Shown here: positions 1-10,242 of the stretch, one piece after another
Numbering within the stretch: position 1 is the stretch's first letter
Layout of the letters: each line of letters starts with the position of its first letter
The notes under the pieces: model-generated
Seen by the model: the letters and a program-made list of their open reading frames with translations, nothing else
The model's database searches: none
What the model was told of the DNA's origin: nothing
Translations under genes and position numbers: made by a program
NCBI GenBank assembly: GCA_963422735.1
Contig: OY730476.1
Span: forward strand, 3,296,001-3,360,000
Direction: 5' to 3'
Length of the DNA: 64,000 nucleotides
From: Candidatus Latescibacterota bacterium
Lineage (GTDB): Bacteria; Latescibacterota; UBA2968; UBA8231

Positions 1-713
1 GTCACTTGGGTGTTGAGCATGATGTCGTCGAATCGCTCTGCGGCCTTATCGTGCAGTGGCTTGACCAAGTCGCGGTCAGCTAAAGGGATCAGCCCGGGGA
101 GCATTTCGACGACCGAAACTTGGGTTCCCAGTGCCGCGTACACCTGCCCTAGCTCCATGCCGATGATGCCGCCGCCGACGACGAGCATGGAGTCGGGTAT
201 GTCGCGAAGTGCGACAGCGGCGGTCGAATCCATGATGCGATTGCTTAGCTGGTCGAAAAGCGCAGGCACTGCTGGGCGCGACCCCGTGGCGAGGATGGCG
301 CGTTCAAACTGCAACGCGCCTTGGCTGCCGTCGGCTTTATCGATTTGCAGGGTATGGGGGTCGAGGAAGCGGGCGCGCCCCTGCACGTAGGTCAGCTTGC
401 GCGCCTTGACGAGTTGACCCAAGCCCTGCGTCATCTTGGCGACGACCCCGTCCTTCCAGGTCCGCAATTTGTGGAGGTCGATCTTGGGCGCAGCGAATTG
501 GATACCCCAGTGCTCGGCTTCCCTTGCTTCGTAGAGAAGCTTGGAAATGTGCAGGAGAGCCTTAGAGGGGATGCAGCCTCGGTAGAGACAGACGCCGCCT
601 GGATGGGCTTCTGGATCGATCAATGCGACATCCAACCCCAAGTCCGCGGCCTTAAAGGCGGCTACGTAGCCGCCCGGGCCGCCGCCGATGACCGCTAGTT
701 GGGCCTTGTCCAT
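1..713 (-). CDS. lpdA: Dihydrolipoamide dehydrogenase E3 (5' part; runs off the left edge)
   Basis: Not in the ORF track. Manual translation from ATG 713 gives MDKAQLAVIGGGPGGYVAAFKAADLG (FAD-binding motif), later ATGSRP and MLVVGGGIIGMELG (NAD-binding). Lies directly downstream of aceF. Confidence 0.95.
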   Translation of the reverse strand, partial: MDKAQLAVIGGGPGGYVAAFKAADLGLDVALIDPEAHPGGVCLYRGCIPSKALLHISKLLYEAREAEHWGIQFAAPKIDLHKLRTWKDGVVAKMTQGLGQLVKARKLTYVQGRARFLDPHTLQIDKADGSQGALQFERAILATGSRPAVPALFDQLSNRIMDSTAAVALRDIPDSMLVVGGGIIGMELGQVYAALGTQVSVVEMLPGLIPLADRDLVKPLHDKAAERFDDIMLNTQV

Positions 714-720
714 AGCCGCC

Positions 721-1995
721 TCAGCCTTCCAAGAGCGCGATAAAGGGGTCTTCCAATGCTGTACAGATCCAGCGGAGGAAGCGTGCGCCATCGGCCCCGT
801 CGATTAGGCGGTGGTCATAGGACAGCGACAGAGGCAGGAGGGTGCGCGGCTGGAGCTGACCGTCGATATAAGCGGGTTCGACTTGCGCTCGCGCCACTCC
901 GAGGATTGCCACTTCGGGTGGGTTGACGATGGGCGTAAAGGCGGTGCCGCCCATGGTGCCGACATTGCTGATGGTCATGGACGCACCCTGCATGTCGGCA
1001 GGCCCGATCTTGCGCTCGCGCGTCTTTTGCGCCAACTCGCTCAACTCGACCGCCAGCTCGATGATATTCTTTTGGTCCACGTCGCGCACCACCGGCACGA
1101 GCAGACCGTGGGGGGTATCGACGGCAATGCCGATGTGGAAGTAGCGTTTGTACACGACTTCCCTCTGGGCCATGTCGATGCTGGCGCTGAACTGCGGGAA
1201 AACCTTGAGGGCGATGCCGAGCACTTTGATGAGGATCGCGGTCGGCGTCAGCTTGCCGCCGGCTGCTTCGGCCTTTTTGCCGTATGCTGCGCGCCACTTT
1301 TCCAAACTGGTGATGTCGGCCTTGTCGAATTGGGTGACCTGCGGGATGGTGGCCCAAGCCTGTGCGAGACGCTCGGCGGTTATTTCGCGCACCTTGGTCA
1401 TAGGCTGGCGCTCGACAGAACCCCACTGGCTGAAGTCGGGTAGCGGTGCGGCGGCGGCCGGGGCGGTGGCCCGCGTTGCGTGCAGCTTTTTTGAGTGAGC
1501 CTTGACGTCCTCGATTGAGATCCTGCCGCCCGGCCCAGTACCTTGGACCTGCGCAATATCGACGCCGATCTCGCGGGCTAGACGGCGCGTCGAGGGCGCG
1601 GCTGGAACGGGGTCGTCTGTAGATGTAAGTGTAGGTGCGGGAGGGGTTTCTGCGGCAACTGGGGCGGCCTCTTGTAGTAGGATCGGGGTGGGGGCCGGTT
1701 CCTCTGCCGGTATAGACGCTGGGGGTACTTCCTCGGCTATGGCCGCCTCGACTTCGAGAATGGGTTGCCCGACGGCGATGGTGTCGCCCTGTTGGACGAG
1801 AATCTCGGTAATGGTGCCGTCTATGGAGGAGGGCACCTCAATGACGGCCTTGTCGGTTTCAAGCTCGATGACGGTTTGGTCTTCGGCGAGGCGGTCGCCG
1901 ACATCGACGAGAATGCGGATCACATCGCCGCTTTCGATATTTTCTCCCAAGTCGGGCAGTGCAAATTTTACGGGCATAGCGTGGTCTAAGCTCAT
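721..1995 (-). CDS. aceF: Pyruvate dehydrogenase E2 dihydrolipoamide acetyltransferase (single lipoyl domain)
   Basis: Lipoyl motif ETDKA, E3-binding GTGPGGRI, catalytic SYDHRLIDGADG. Start at 1995 (ATGA overlap with the aceE stop) or 1977; the ORF-track 5' extension lies inside aceE. Confidence 0.95.
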   Translation of the reverse strand: MSLDHAMPVKFALPDLGENIESGDVIRILVDVGDRLAEDQTVIELETDKAVIEVPSSIDGTITEILVQQGDTIAVGQPILEVEAAIAEEVPPASIPAEEPAPTPILLQEAAPVAAETPPAPTLTSTDDPVPAAPSTRRLAREIGVDIAQVQGTGPGGRISIEDVKAHSKKLHATRATAPAAAAPLPDFSQWGSVERQPMTKVREITAERLAQAWATIPQVTQFDKADITSLEKWRAAYGKKAEAAGGKLTPTAILIKVLGIALKVFPQFSASIDMAQREVVYKRYFHIGIAVDTPHGLLVPVVRDVDQKNIIELAVELSELAQKTRERKIGPADMQGASMTISNVGTMGGTAFTPIVNPPEVAILGVARAQVEPAYIDGQLQPRTLLPLSLSYDHRLIDGADGARFLRWICTALEDPFIALLEG

Positions 1996-4652
1996 AGGTA
2001 AATGGGATTGGGTTTCGCCGGATCGATCTTCAGGTCTTGCATGGCTTGGACGACTGCGTCGTTTTCGATCTGCCCCTCGCGCGCTAGCGCGCTCAAGGCT
2101 CCCAGTGCGATGAAGCGGTAATCGACCTCGAAGTGGTCGCGCAGTGCCTCGCGGCTCTCGCTGCGGCCGAAGCCATCGGTGCCGAGGGAGACGGGGGGAT
2201 TGGGAAACCAGCGGGCGATGGATTCTGGGAGGGCCTTGACGTAATCCGAGGCCATGACATGCACGCCGCGCTCCTCGGCTAGGCATTGTTCGATGTAGCT
2301 GAAACGAGGCTCTTCGCTGGGATGCAGGCGGTTCCAACGCTCGACATCGAGCCCGTCTCGGTGCAGGGCCTTGTAGCTGGTGATGCTCCAGACATCCGCA
2401 CTGACTTGATATTTTTCCTCGAGGATGCTCTGCGCTTTGAGGACACTATTGATAATCGCGCCGCTGCCGAAGAGGTGGGCCTTGAGTGGGGCGCGCTGAT
2501 TGGCAGAGGGCTTGAACTTGTACATGCCTTTGAGAATGCCTTCTTCGACTCCATCGGGCATCTCCGGCATGGAATAGATGTCGTTTTCGACCGTTAGGTA
2601 GTAGAAAATGTCCTCCTGCTCGACGTACATGCGGCGGATGCCTTCGCGAATGATGACGGCGATTTCGTAGCCAAAGGCCGGATCGTAGGCTTCGAGATTG
2701 GGCAAGGGGTAAGCCAAGAGGTGGCTGTGCCCATCCTCGTGTTGCAGCCCCTCGCCGTTGAGCGTGGTGCGCCCGGCCGTGCCGCCGACCATAAAGCCCT
2801 TGACCCGCATGTCGCCAGCTAGCCAGACCAAATCGCCGATCCGCTGCATCCCGAACATCGAGTAATAGATGAAGAAGGGGATGGTGTTGATGCCGTGGGT
2901 GGCATAGGCCGAGCCGGCCGCGATAAAGGAGGACATAGAGCCGGCTTCGGTGATCCCCTCTTCGAGTATCTGGCCGTCTTTGGCCTCTTTGTAGTAGGTG
3001 ATGACGTCTTTGTCAACCGGCTCGTATAGCTGGCCTTGGCTCGAATAGATCCCGAACTGGCGGAAGAGCGGCTCCATGCCGAAGGTGCGCGATTCGTCGG
3101 GAACGATAGGGACGACTAACTTGCCGAGTTGCTTGTCTTGCATGAGTTTGCGCATGACCGCGACAAAGGCCATCGTCGTGGCAAACTCGCGCTTGCCCGA
3201 GCTTTTTTTGAATTCTTCCCACAGCGTCTCCGGCGGCATGGCCAGTGGAGGGGCCATTACCTGCCGCTGGGGTATGTACCCGCCGAGGCTTTCCCGCCGC
3301 TGGCGAATGTACTGGATTTCCGGGCTGTCGTCCGGGGGCCGGTAGAAGGGCGTCTCTGCGATCTCGTCGTCTGAGATGGGAATCCCGAAGCGGGTGCGGA
3401 AAAGGCGAATCTCGTCTTCGTTGAGCTTTTTTTGCTGATGGGTGATATTCTTGCCCTCGCCGGCCTCGCCCATGCCATAGCCCTTGATGGTCTTGGCGAG
3501 GATGACGGTGGGCGCACTCTTGTGGGCGACGGCTTGCTGGTAGGCGGCATAGACCTTTTCGGGATCATGGCCGCCGCGCCGCATTTTCTGGAGTTGCTCG
3601 TCTGAATAGTGCTCGACCATCGCGGCTAGTTTCGGATCGGCACCGAAGAAGTCGTGGCGGATGTAGCTGCCATCGGAGACCGAGAATTTCTGGTACTGGC
3701 CATCGACGACCTCGTTCATGCGCTGGGCCAAGCGGCCGTCGGCGTCCTGTTCCAAGAGCGGATCCCAGTCGTCGCCCCAGATCACCTTGACGACGTTCCA
3801 GCCGGCGCCGCGGAAGACCGCTTCGAGCTCCTGTATTATCTTTCCATTGCCGCGCACGGGGCCATCGAGGCGCTGTAGGTTGCAGTTGACAACCCAGATG
3901 AGGTTGTTGAGCTGTTCGCGCGCAGCGAGGGTAAGTGCGCCCAAGCTTTCGGGCTCGTCGCATTCGCCGTCGCCCAAAAAGGCCCACACCTTGCTGTCGT
4001 CAACGGGCTTGAGACCGCGGTTTTCGAGGTAGCAGTTGAAGCGAGCCTGATAGATCGAAAGAATTGGTCCCAAGCCCATGGACACGGTTGGGAACTGCCA
4101 AAAGTCCGGCATCAGCCAGGGGTGCGGATAAGAGGCGAGGCCACCGCCTTGTTGCAATTCGCGGCGGAAGTTTTCCAACTGGTGCTCGCTGAGACGCCCT
4201 TCGAGAAAGGCACGGGCGTATATGCCGGGGGCGGCGTGCCCCTGAAAGTATATCTGGTCGCCGGGATGGCCGTTGCTGGGGGCGCGGAAAAAGTGATTGT
4301 AGCCGACCTCGTAGAGGGTAGCCGAAGAGGCGTAGGTCGAGATGTGGCCTCCGAGATTGGCGTTGTCGCGATTGGCGCGCACGACCATGGCCATGGCGTT
4401 CCAGCGCACGATACTTTTGATCCGCCGCTCGATCTCGCGGCTGCCCGGATAGGGGGGCTGCTGGTCGCGGGCAATGGTGTTGATATAGGGCGTATTGACG
4501 CTGAAGGGGGTGCCGACGCCAGCTTCTGCGGCGTGGGTTTGGAGCTGTTGCAGGAGATTGAGGACCTGCGCGGGCGTCCTATGAGCCAGTACGTAATCGA
4601 GGGATTCGAGCCACTCGCTCACTTCGGCTTGTAGTTCTCGGGCGTTGCTCAT
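1992..4652 (-). CDS. aceE: Pyruvate dehydrogenase E1, homodimeric type
   Basis: 886 aa; GGHISTYAS, FPTVSMGLG, TPP motif GDGECDEPE..NCNLQRLDGPV, GEGLQHEDGHS. Confidence 0.97.
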   Translation of the reverse strand: MSNARELQAEVSEWLESLDYVLAHRTPAQVLNLLQQLQTHAAEAGVGTPFSVNTPYINTIARDQQPPYPGSREIERRIKSIVRWNAMAMVVRANRDNANLGGHISTYASSATLYEVGYNHFFRAPSNGHPGDQIYFQGHAAPGIYARAFLEGRLSEHQLENFRRELQQGGGLASYPHPWLMPDFWQFPTVSMGLGPILSIYQARFNCYLENRGLKPVDDSKVWAFLGDGECDEPESLGALTLAAREQLNNLIWVVNCNLQRLDGPVRGNGKIIQELEAVFRGAGWNVVKVIWGDDWDPLLEQDADGRLAQRMNEVVDGQYQKFSVSDGSYIRHDFFGADPKLAAMVEHYSDEQLQKMRRGGHDPEKVYAAYQQAVAHKSAPTVILAKTIKGYGMGEAGEGKNITHQQKKLNEDEIRLFRTRFGIPISDDEIAETPFYRPPDDSPEIQYIRQRRESLGGYIPQRQVMAPPLAMPPETLWEEFKKSSGKREFATTMAFVAVMRKLMQDKQLGKLVVPIVPDESRTFGMEPLFRQFGIYSSQGQLYEPVDKDVITYYKEAKDGQILEEGITEAGSMSSFIAAGSAYATHGINTIPFFIYYSMFGMQRIGDLVWLAGDMRVKGFMVGGTAGRTTLNGEGLQHEDGHSHLLAYPLPNLEAYDPAFGYEIAVIIREGIRRMYVEQEDIFYYLTVENDIYSMPEMPDGVEEGILKGMYKFKPSANQRAPLKAHLFGSGAIINSVLKAQSILEEKYQVSADVWSITSYKALHRDGLDVERWNRLHPSEEPRFSYIEQCLAEERGVHVMASDYVKALPESIARWFPNPPVSLGTDGFGRSESREALRDHFEVDYRFIALGALSALAREGQIENDAVVQAMQDLKIDPAKPNPIYL

Positions 4653-4797
4653 GGCTGAAACGATTCCTTTGCGTAGGCCGTCTTATGGGTCGCAAGAAAA
4701 TAATAAGCACGTGTTTTCTTGGCAAAAAACCGTTTTGTTACAATCATTTAGGTGTTGCCATTCGCGCTGATGGGCGGCGCAGAAAGAGAGGCCCCCG

Positions 4798-6540
4798 GTG
4801 CATAGACACAAGACTGCCTATGTCTGTTTGCTGGCGTCGCTGCTTTTGCATCTCACCACGCTTTACCTAGGGGATTACTTGTGGCGCGACGGGCTAGACA
4901 CGGAGACCTTTCGCGTGCGTCTCGCCCGCATTCCGCCGCAGTTCAAGCCTCGCCGCCTGAGTCCCCTGCCCCGCTTAGACCTAGAGGCGTTGAACGTGGA
5001 GATGGAGTATCTGCAGGCCGACCAGCCGTCTGTGGACCTCCGCGACCCCAATATAGAAAGCGAGGCGACTCCGCCCGAAATAGAGGTCCCGATAGCTCCC
5101 TTGGCGTTGCGCGAAATAGTCGGTGGTGCGAAGGAAGATGCGCCGATCTTGGAGCGCGAAAAGATGATCTCGCCCTCGTCTTTGGGTTTGGCCGATAGCA
5201 TGGGCATCGCCTCCATGGATCTCTTGCGGCTGGCAGACATGGCCCGGGCCAACAAGGACCACGCCGCCGTCATCGGCAGTCGGGCGACTCGCCGCGACTT
5301 GGCCGGCTACGTGAATTTCACCCAGTTGCGCGTCTATGGGGCCAGTTCGGGGCGCGGCGCACTCGACGCCCTGAGCCGCTACTTGCGCGACCATACCCAC
5401 CTGCTGGCGCGGGTGCGGGACAAGACCTACGAGTATTTCCTGTCAGAGCAACTGCTCAAAGACCCCGTCCACTTCCTCTTCCAAGACACCTTGTCTGCCT
5501 ACGACGAGAACGTCCTGACCAAGTTCAGCTCGGAGGAGAAGGTGCTTTTAGGCCGCTATCTGCGCGAGGGGGGGTTCCTATTTATTGAGGGCACCAACCG
5601 CTATTTGCGCGAAATGACCGACCATCTGCGCGAGATCTTGGGCGCGGAGGCGCGATTGCTGCCCCTCCCGACATCGCATTTGGTATATCACTCCTTTTAC
5701 GAGTTCGGCGACGGCTTCCCCGGAGAGGACAAGTCGCGCATCGCGGACGTGGGGGACAACCGCTCTTGGTATTATCCAACCCACAATCGAGATGATCTTT
5801 TGGCCGTGCAGGAAGCACAAGCAGCCACCTTCTCTAGGCCCAGTGCTGTGGGCGAGGGGTTGCCACCGCCACTGGGGCTGTGGGGAGTCGAGATGGACGG
5901 CGAGTTGGTGGCCGTGCTGAGCGACTTGATGTTGCAGGAGAACTGGCGAGCTAGCTTCAACATTGAAGAAGAAAACACGCAGCCGACGACCTATGCGCTG
6001 ATGGCGGGGACCAACATCTTGGTGTATGCGCTGACGCGCAAAAACAGCATAACGCCTCAATTGCCGCCCCCGACTTGGATGCCGGGCCAGAGGCCCGTGG
6101 CCGATCTGCAAGAGTCGCAGGTGGCCGACGAGGAATTGTTGTTCGACGAGCTAGACGCTTGGCTGGCCTTGGTGTTGGCCCCTATCGGCAGCGAGATCAC
6201 AGAGGATCTCACGGTGCGCTTGGACGGCCGCTACTCGCTCGAATTGCTCAAGCGCGGTTATCAAGGGCTGCTTTTCCACAATCTGCCCGCCGGTGCGCAC
6301 TGGGTCGAACTGAGCTATGGAGGGCAGATCCAACAGGTGGAGGTCGATCTAAAGGGAGGCGAGGTCACCACGCTGACGTTTGCGCTCAATCGCTTTGCCT
6401 TCGTAGTTCGGCTGCGGATGCAGGAGCAGGAGGAACGGGCGGGCTGGCAGCACTGGTCTGCGGCCTTTGCCGACTTGGAGGTCGAGGAAATTTACTTGGC
6501 CGCAGACCGCGATTGGTTGGAAGGTGGCGACGCTCCCTGA
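4798..6540 (+). CDS. Membrane-anchored hypothetical protein with a DUF4159-like domain
   Basis: N-terminal TM helix (LLASLLLHLTTLYL); central segment LGRYLREGGFLFIEG...LPTSHLVYHSFYEF...MAGTNILVYALT resembles DUF4159. Confidence 0.6.
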   Translation: MHRHKTAYVCLLASLLLHLTTLYLGDYLWRDGLDTETFRVRLARIPPQFKPRRLSPLPRLDLEALNVEMEYLQADQPSVDLRDPNIESEATPPEIEVPIAPLALREIVGGAKEDAPILEREKMISPSSLGLADSMGIASMDLLRLADMARANKDHAAVIGSRATRRDLAGYVNFTQLRVYGASSGRGALDALSRYLRDHTHLLARVRDKTYEYFLSEQLLKDPVHFLFQDTLSAYDENVLTKFSSEEKVLLGRYLREGGFLFIEGTNRYLREMTDHLREILGAEARLLPLPTSHLVYHSFYEFGDGFPGEDKSRIADVGDNRSWYYPTHNRDDLLAVQEAQAATFSRPSAVGEGLPPPLGLWGVEMDGELVAVLSDLMLQENWRASFNIEEENTQPTTYALMAGTNILVYALTRKNSITPQLPPPTWMPGQRPVADLQESQVADEELLFDELDAWLALVLAPIGSEITEDLTVRLDGRYSLELLKRGYQGLLFHNLPAGAHWVELSYGGQIQQVEVDLKGGEVTTLTFALNRFAFVVRLRMQEQEERAGWQHWSAAFADLEVEEIYLAADRDWLEGGDAP

Positions 6541-6542
6541 CT

Positions 6543-8066
6543 CTACTTGTAACGCTTCATCTGGCCGTTTTGTAGCCGGCCCCAGTACTCTTGCAGGCAC
6601 GCCTTGATCTGCGGGCTGAGAATGACGCCGCCGATGATGTTGGGAAAGGCCATGCCGAGAATCATCATGTCGGAAAAATCGAGTACATTGTTGAGGGCCG
6701 TGACCGAGCCGACGAAGACAAAGCCGACAAAAATGACGCGAAAGACAATGATCGTTCGGGCACCAAAGAGGTACTCCCAAGCGCGCTCGCCGTAATACGA
6801 CCAAGAAATCATGGTCGAATAGGCAAAAAGCATGACCGCTAGGGCGAGGACGTAACGCGAGCCGGGAATAAAGGACTCAAAGGCGGCGGCCGTCATTTTG
6901 ACGCCGACGATAAAACCTTCGCTGGCTTGGAATTGGGGATCGGCATAAACGCCGGTAATCATGCAGACTAGACCTGTCATCAAGCATATAATAATGGTAT
7001 CTATTAAAGGGCCGATCATGGCCACCATGCCCTCGCGGGCCGACTCGTTGGTCTTGGCGGCAGCGTGGGCAAAAGCCGCCGAGCCGAGACCGGCTTCGTT
7101 GGAGAACGCGGCGCGTCTGACGCCCGTGACTAGGACGCCTAAAAAACCTCCGTACATGGCTTGGGGCGAAAATGCGTGAACGATAATGTTGAAGATCATG
7201 GCTGGTACGTCGGTGATATGGGAGAGAATGATCAAGATGCAGGTTGCGACGTAGAGCAAGCACATGAAGGGGACAATGCGCGACGTCACCCGGCCAATGC
7301 GGCGAATGCCACCGATGATGACGACGGCAACCAACGCGGCAAAGAGAATCCCCATCAGCCAGTTGTACTCTTGGAAAAAGGGCGAGACTGTGCCCAGAAT
7401 CTCCAACGTTTGGTTGACCTGAAACATATTGCCGCCACCTAGGCTGCCGCCGACGGTAAGCACGGCAAAGAGGACGGCTAAGGTGCGGCCGAGCTCCTTC
7501 AGTCCCTTGGCGTTGAGGCCGTGTTCGAGGTAGTACATTGGGCCGCCGGAGACGCGGCCGTCGGGGTGAATTTTGCGGTACATGACCGCGAGGGTACATG
7601 ACGCTAACTTGGAGGCCATGCCGAAAAAGGCCATGAGGACCATCCAGAATATCGCCCCCGGGCCGCCCAAACTAACGGCGATAGCCACGCCGGCGATATT
7701 GCCCAAGCCGACGGTGGCCGAAAGGGCGCTGGTGAGGGCTTGGAAATGGGAGACCTCCCCGGGGTCGTCCGGGTTGTCGTAGCACCCGCGGATGACGTCG
7801 ATGGAGTGCCGGAGGCCACGCAGGCTAATCCAGCCGAAGAAGAAGCTGTAGTAAATGCCGCCGGTGAGCAGAACGGCGACGATGGGGACGCCGGGGACGC
7901 CAGTGCCAAAGTCGGCAAACAGGACGAGGGCCAAGACTTCGACGATGGACCCAAACGCGGAATCCAAACCGGCGATGCGCTCTTGGATCCAGCTTTGTTC
8001 GGAGTCTTGGGCTAGGGTGGGGGAGGTCGTCCACAAAATCAGGGCGGCGACGTAGAGTAGGTGCAT
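6543..8066 (-). CDS. Alanine/glycine:cation symporter (AGCS family)
   Basis: FQALTSALSATVGLGNIAGVA, GGPGAIFWM, GGPMYY, RAAFSNEAGLGSA; many TM helices. Confidence 0.93.
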   Translation of the reverse strand: MHLLYVAALILWTTSPTLAQDSEQSWIQERIAGLDSAFGSIVEVLALVLFADFGTGVPGVPIVAVLLTGGIYYSFFFGWISLRGLRHSIDVIRGCYDNPDDPGEVSHFQALTSALSATVGLGNIAGVAIAVSLGGPGAIFWMVLMAFFGMASKLASCTLAVMYRKIHPDGRVSGGPMYYLEHGLNAKGLKELGRTLAVLFAVLTVGGSLGGGNMFQVNQTLEILGTVSPFFQEYNWLMGILFAALVAVVIIGGIRRIGRVTSRIVPFMCLLYVATCILIILSHITDVPAMIFNIIVHAFSPQAMYGGFLGVLVTGVRRAAFSNEAGLGSAAFAHAAAKTNESAREGMVAMIGPLIDTIIICLMTGLVCMITGVYADPQFQASEGFIVGVKMTAAAFESFIPGSRYVLALAVMLFAYSTMISWSYYGERAWEYLFGARTIIVFRVIFVGFVFVGSVTALNNVLDFSDMMILGMAFPNIIGGVILSPQIKACLQEYWGRLQNGQMKRYK

Positions 8067-8088
8067 AGGAAATTTTCCTCTCGCAGGA

Positions 8089-8982
8089 TCAGCGATCCTT
8101 CCCGTTATCGTTGAGCAGTTGGTCCAGTTGAGTGCGTTTTTCCGGGGCCATGTGCGCTGTGTTTTCGGCCGTGGGGAAGTGGCCTTCGGAGACTTCTCGG
8201 CAGTACATTCTGAACATTTCGATCCAAGCCTGGCGCGTTTGGCCGTAGGCCTTGGTCAGGATTAGGTCTTCTTCGTTGAGGCCGACAAGGTCGTGGACGA
8301 TCAGCACTTGGCCGTCGCAATAGCGGCCAGCGCCGATGCCGATGACCGGAATTTTGAGCCGATCGGCAACGGCTTGGGCGGCCTCTTCAGTGACCATTTC
8401 CAAGACCAAGGCGAACACGCCGGCGTCCTCCAAGCGCAGGGCTTTCTCGACGAGGGCCTTGGCCCCCTTCGGCCCCTTGCCGTGGAATTTGGGCACAGTG
8501 CCGCGCCGGTCGCTGAACAGGTAGAATTCGCGGGCCTGGGACTGGGGGGTAAACCCGAGGTGGCCGACGACCGGAATGCCGGCGGCAACGATGGCTTTGA
8601 GCTGGGGCAAGACCGGCAGGCCCCCCTCTAATTTGACGCCTTCGGCCCCGCCCTCCTGAACCAAGCGTCCGGCGTTTTTGACCGCGGTCTCGACCGATGG
8701 CTGAAAGGACATAAAGGGTAGGTCGGCGAGGAGAAAGGCCCGGCGCACTGCCCGGCGCACTGCCCGCAGGTGGTGGAGGATGTCGTCCATGGTCACCTGC
8801 TGCGGGCCGCGATAGCCCAAGACGTTGGTCCCCACGGAGTCGCCGACCAAGATCACGTCGAGGCCAGCTTCGTCTTGCAGCGCGGCCGTGGGGTAGTCGT
8901 AGGCCGTCAACATGCAGATCTTCTGGCCCCGCTCCTTTTTGGACTGGAGCGAAGAAACGGTGATTTTATTAGTCGTCGCCAT
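8089..8982 (-). CDS. panB: 3-methyl-2-oxobutanoate hydroxymethyltransferase
   Basis: MLTAYDYP, ILVGDSVG, VKLEGG, GHLGFTPQS, GIGAGRYCDGQVL. Start set at MATTNK (8982). Confidence 0.95.
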   Translation of the reverse strand: MATTNKITVSSLQSKKERGQKICMLTAYDYPTAALQDEAGLDVILVGDSVGTNVLGYRGPQQVTMDDILHHLRAVRRAVRRAFLLADLPFMSFQPSVETAVKNAGRLVQEGGAEGVKLEGGLPVLPQLKAIVAAGIPVVGHLGFTPQSQAREFYLFSDRRGTVPKFHGKGPKGAKALVEKALRLEDAGVFALVLEMVTEEAAQAVADRLKIPVIGIGAGRYCDGQVLIVHDLVGLNEEDLILTKAYGQTRQAWIEMFRMYCREVSEGHFPTAENTAHMAPEKRTQLDQLLNDNGKDR

Positions 8983-9075
8983 GGCAGGCGATAGTATAGA
9001 GCGGCGCACCTTGCGCGGCAAGCCTGTAGGCGACCTACCTTGCCTAGGCGAATCATTTGGCACAGCTTCACCTTT

Positions 9076-10242
9076 ATGCAGGCGAAATTCGATTTTATTC
9101 ACGCTGAATTAGTGCGGCGGCAACAGGCCGGGCAGATGCGGTCGTTGCGGACCTACGAGCCGTGCGGCGGCGCGCGAGTTCGCACCCATGGCCGCGAGTT
9201 GGTCAATTTTAGCTCCAACGACTATCTCGGCTTAGCGTCGCACCCACTATTGCAGGCGCGGGCCATTGAATTCGTCGAGTGCTACGGGGCCGGTGCCACG
9301 GCTGCGCGCTTGGTTTGTGGCTCTCAGCCGGGCTTTGCACAGGTGGAGCAGACCTTGGCTAAGCTCAAGCAGGCCGAGCGGGCGCTGGTGCTCAATTCTG
9401 GATATCAGGCCAATGTTTCACTGCTGCCGACGCTGGTTGACCGGCGCTCTCTCATCCTGCTCGACCGGCTCTGCCACAACAGCTTGGTTCAAGGGGCGGT
9501 CTTGGGACGCTGTCGGATGCGGCGCTACCGCCACTGCGACTTGGATCACCTGCGTGCCCTGCTGGCGGAAAGCGCGGAGGGGGCGCACTCGCGCCGGGTG
9601 ATTGTCACCGAATCGGTGTTTAGCATGGACGGCGACGTCAGCGACATCGATGCGCTCGTCGAGTTGGCTAGGGAATTCGACGCGCTGTTGGTCATCGACG
9701 AAGCGCACGCCACGGGCGTTTTGGGCGAGCAAGGGATGGGGCTGACGTGTGGCAAGGCCGTGGACGTATGCGTGGGCACGTTCGGCAAGGCCCTCGGATC
9801 TTTTGGGGCGTACGTGGCCTGCGGCGAGAAGCTGTGGGAGTACTTGGTTAACTGCTGCCCGGGATTCATCTATACGACCGCGCTGCCGCCAGCCGTCTTA
9901 GGCGCGGTGGATGCGGCGCTAGAGTTGGTGCCGCAAATGGATGCACAGCGCCGAACATTGCTCGCCCACGCCGAGTATTTGCGCGGCGCGCTCAGGGCGC
10001 AAGGCTGGGACACAGGAGTGGCGACTGTGCAGATCGTGCCGCTGATGGTGGATGCGGAGGGCGAAGCGCTGGCCCTGAACGCCTATCTAAAAGAAAACGG
10101 CGTCCTAGCTGCGGCCATTCGCCCTCCTACGGTCGAGCCAGGCCGGGCACGGATTCGCTTGTCGCTCAGTGCCCTGCATCAGCAGAGCGACCTCGATATG
10201 CTGGTGGAACTGCTACAGCGGTGGCGCGATGGTCGGCGTTGA
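9076..10242 (+). CDS. bioF: 8-amino-7-oxononanoate synthase
   Basis: NFSSNDYLGLA, ESVFSMDGD, DEAHATG, PLP lysine in GTFGKALG, AIRPPTV. Confidence 0.93.
   Translation: MQAKFDFIHAELVRRQQAGQMRSLRTYEPCGGARVRTHGRELVNFSSNDYLGLASHPLLQARAIEFVECYGAGATAARLVCGSQPGFAQVEQTLAKLKQAERALVLNSGYQANVSLLPTLVDRRSLILLDRLCHNSLVQGAVLGRCRMRRYRHCDLDHLRALLAESAEGAHSRRVIVTESVFSMDGDVSDIDALVELAREFDALLVIDEAHATGVLGEQGMGLTCGKAVDVCVGTFGKALGSFGAYVACGEKLWEYLVNCCPGFIYTTALPPAVLGAVDAALELVPQMDAQRRTLLAHAEYLRGALRAQGWDTGVATVQIVPLMVDAEGEALALNAYLKENGVLAAAIRPPTVEPGRARIRLSLSALHQQSDLDMLVELLQRWRDGRR

Noticed and set aside
10-698. Plus-strand ORFs 10-390 and 321-698, and the many other antisense ORFs in the track
   Set aside because: Shadow ORFs opposite real genes (here lpdA), expected in GC-rich DNA.
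1996-2337. Long Arg-rich N-terminal extension of aceF in the ORF track
   Set aside because: Lies within aceE in another frame. Similar over-extended starts were trimmed for panB, nqrC, atpE, atpD, glcD and others.
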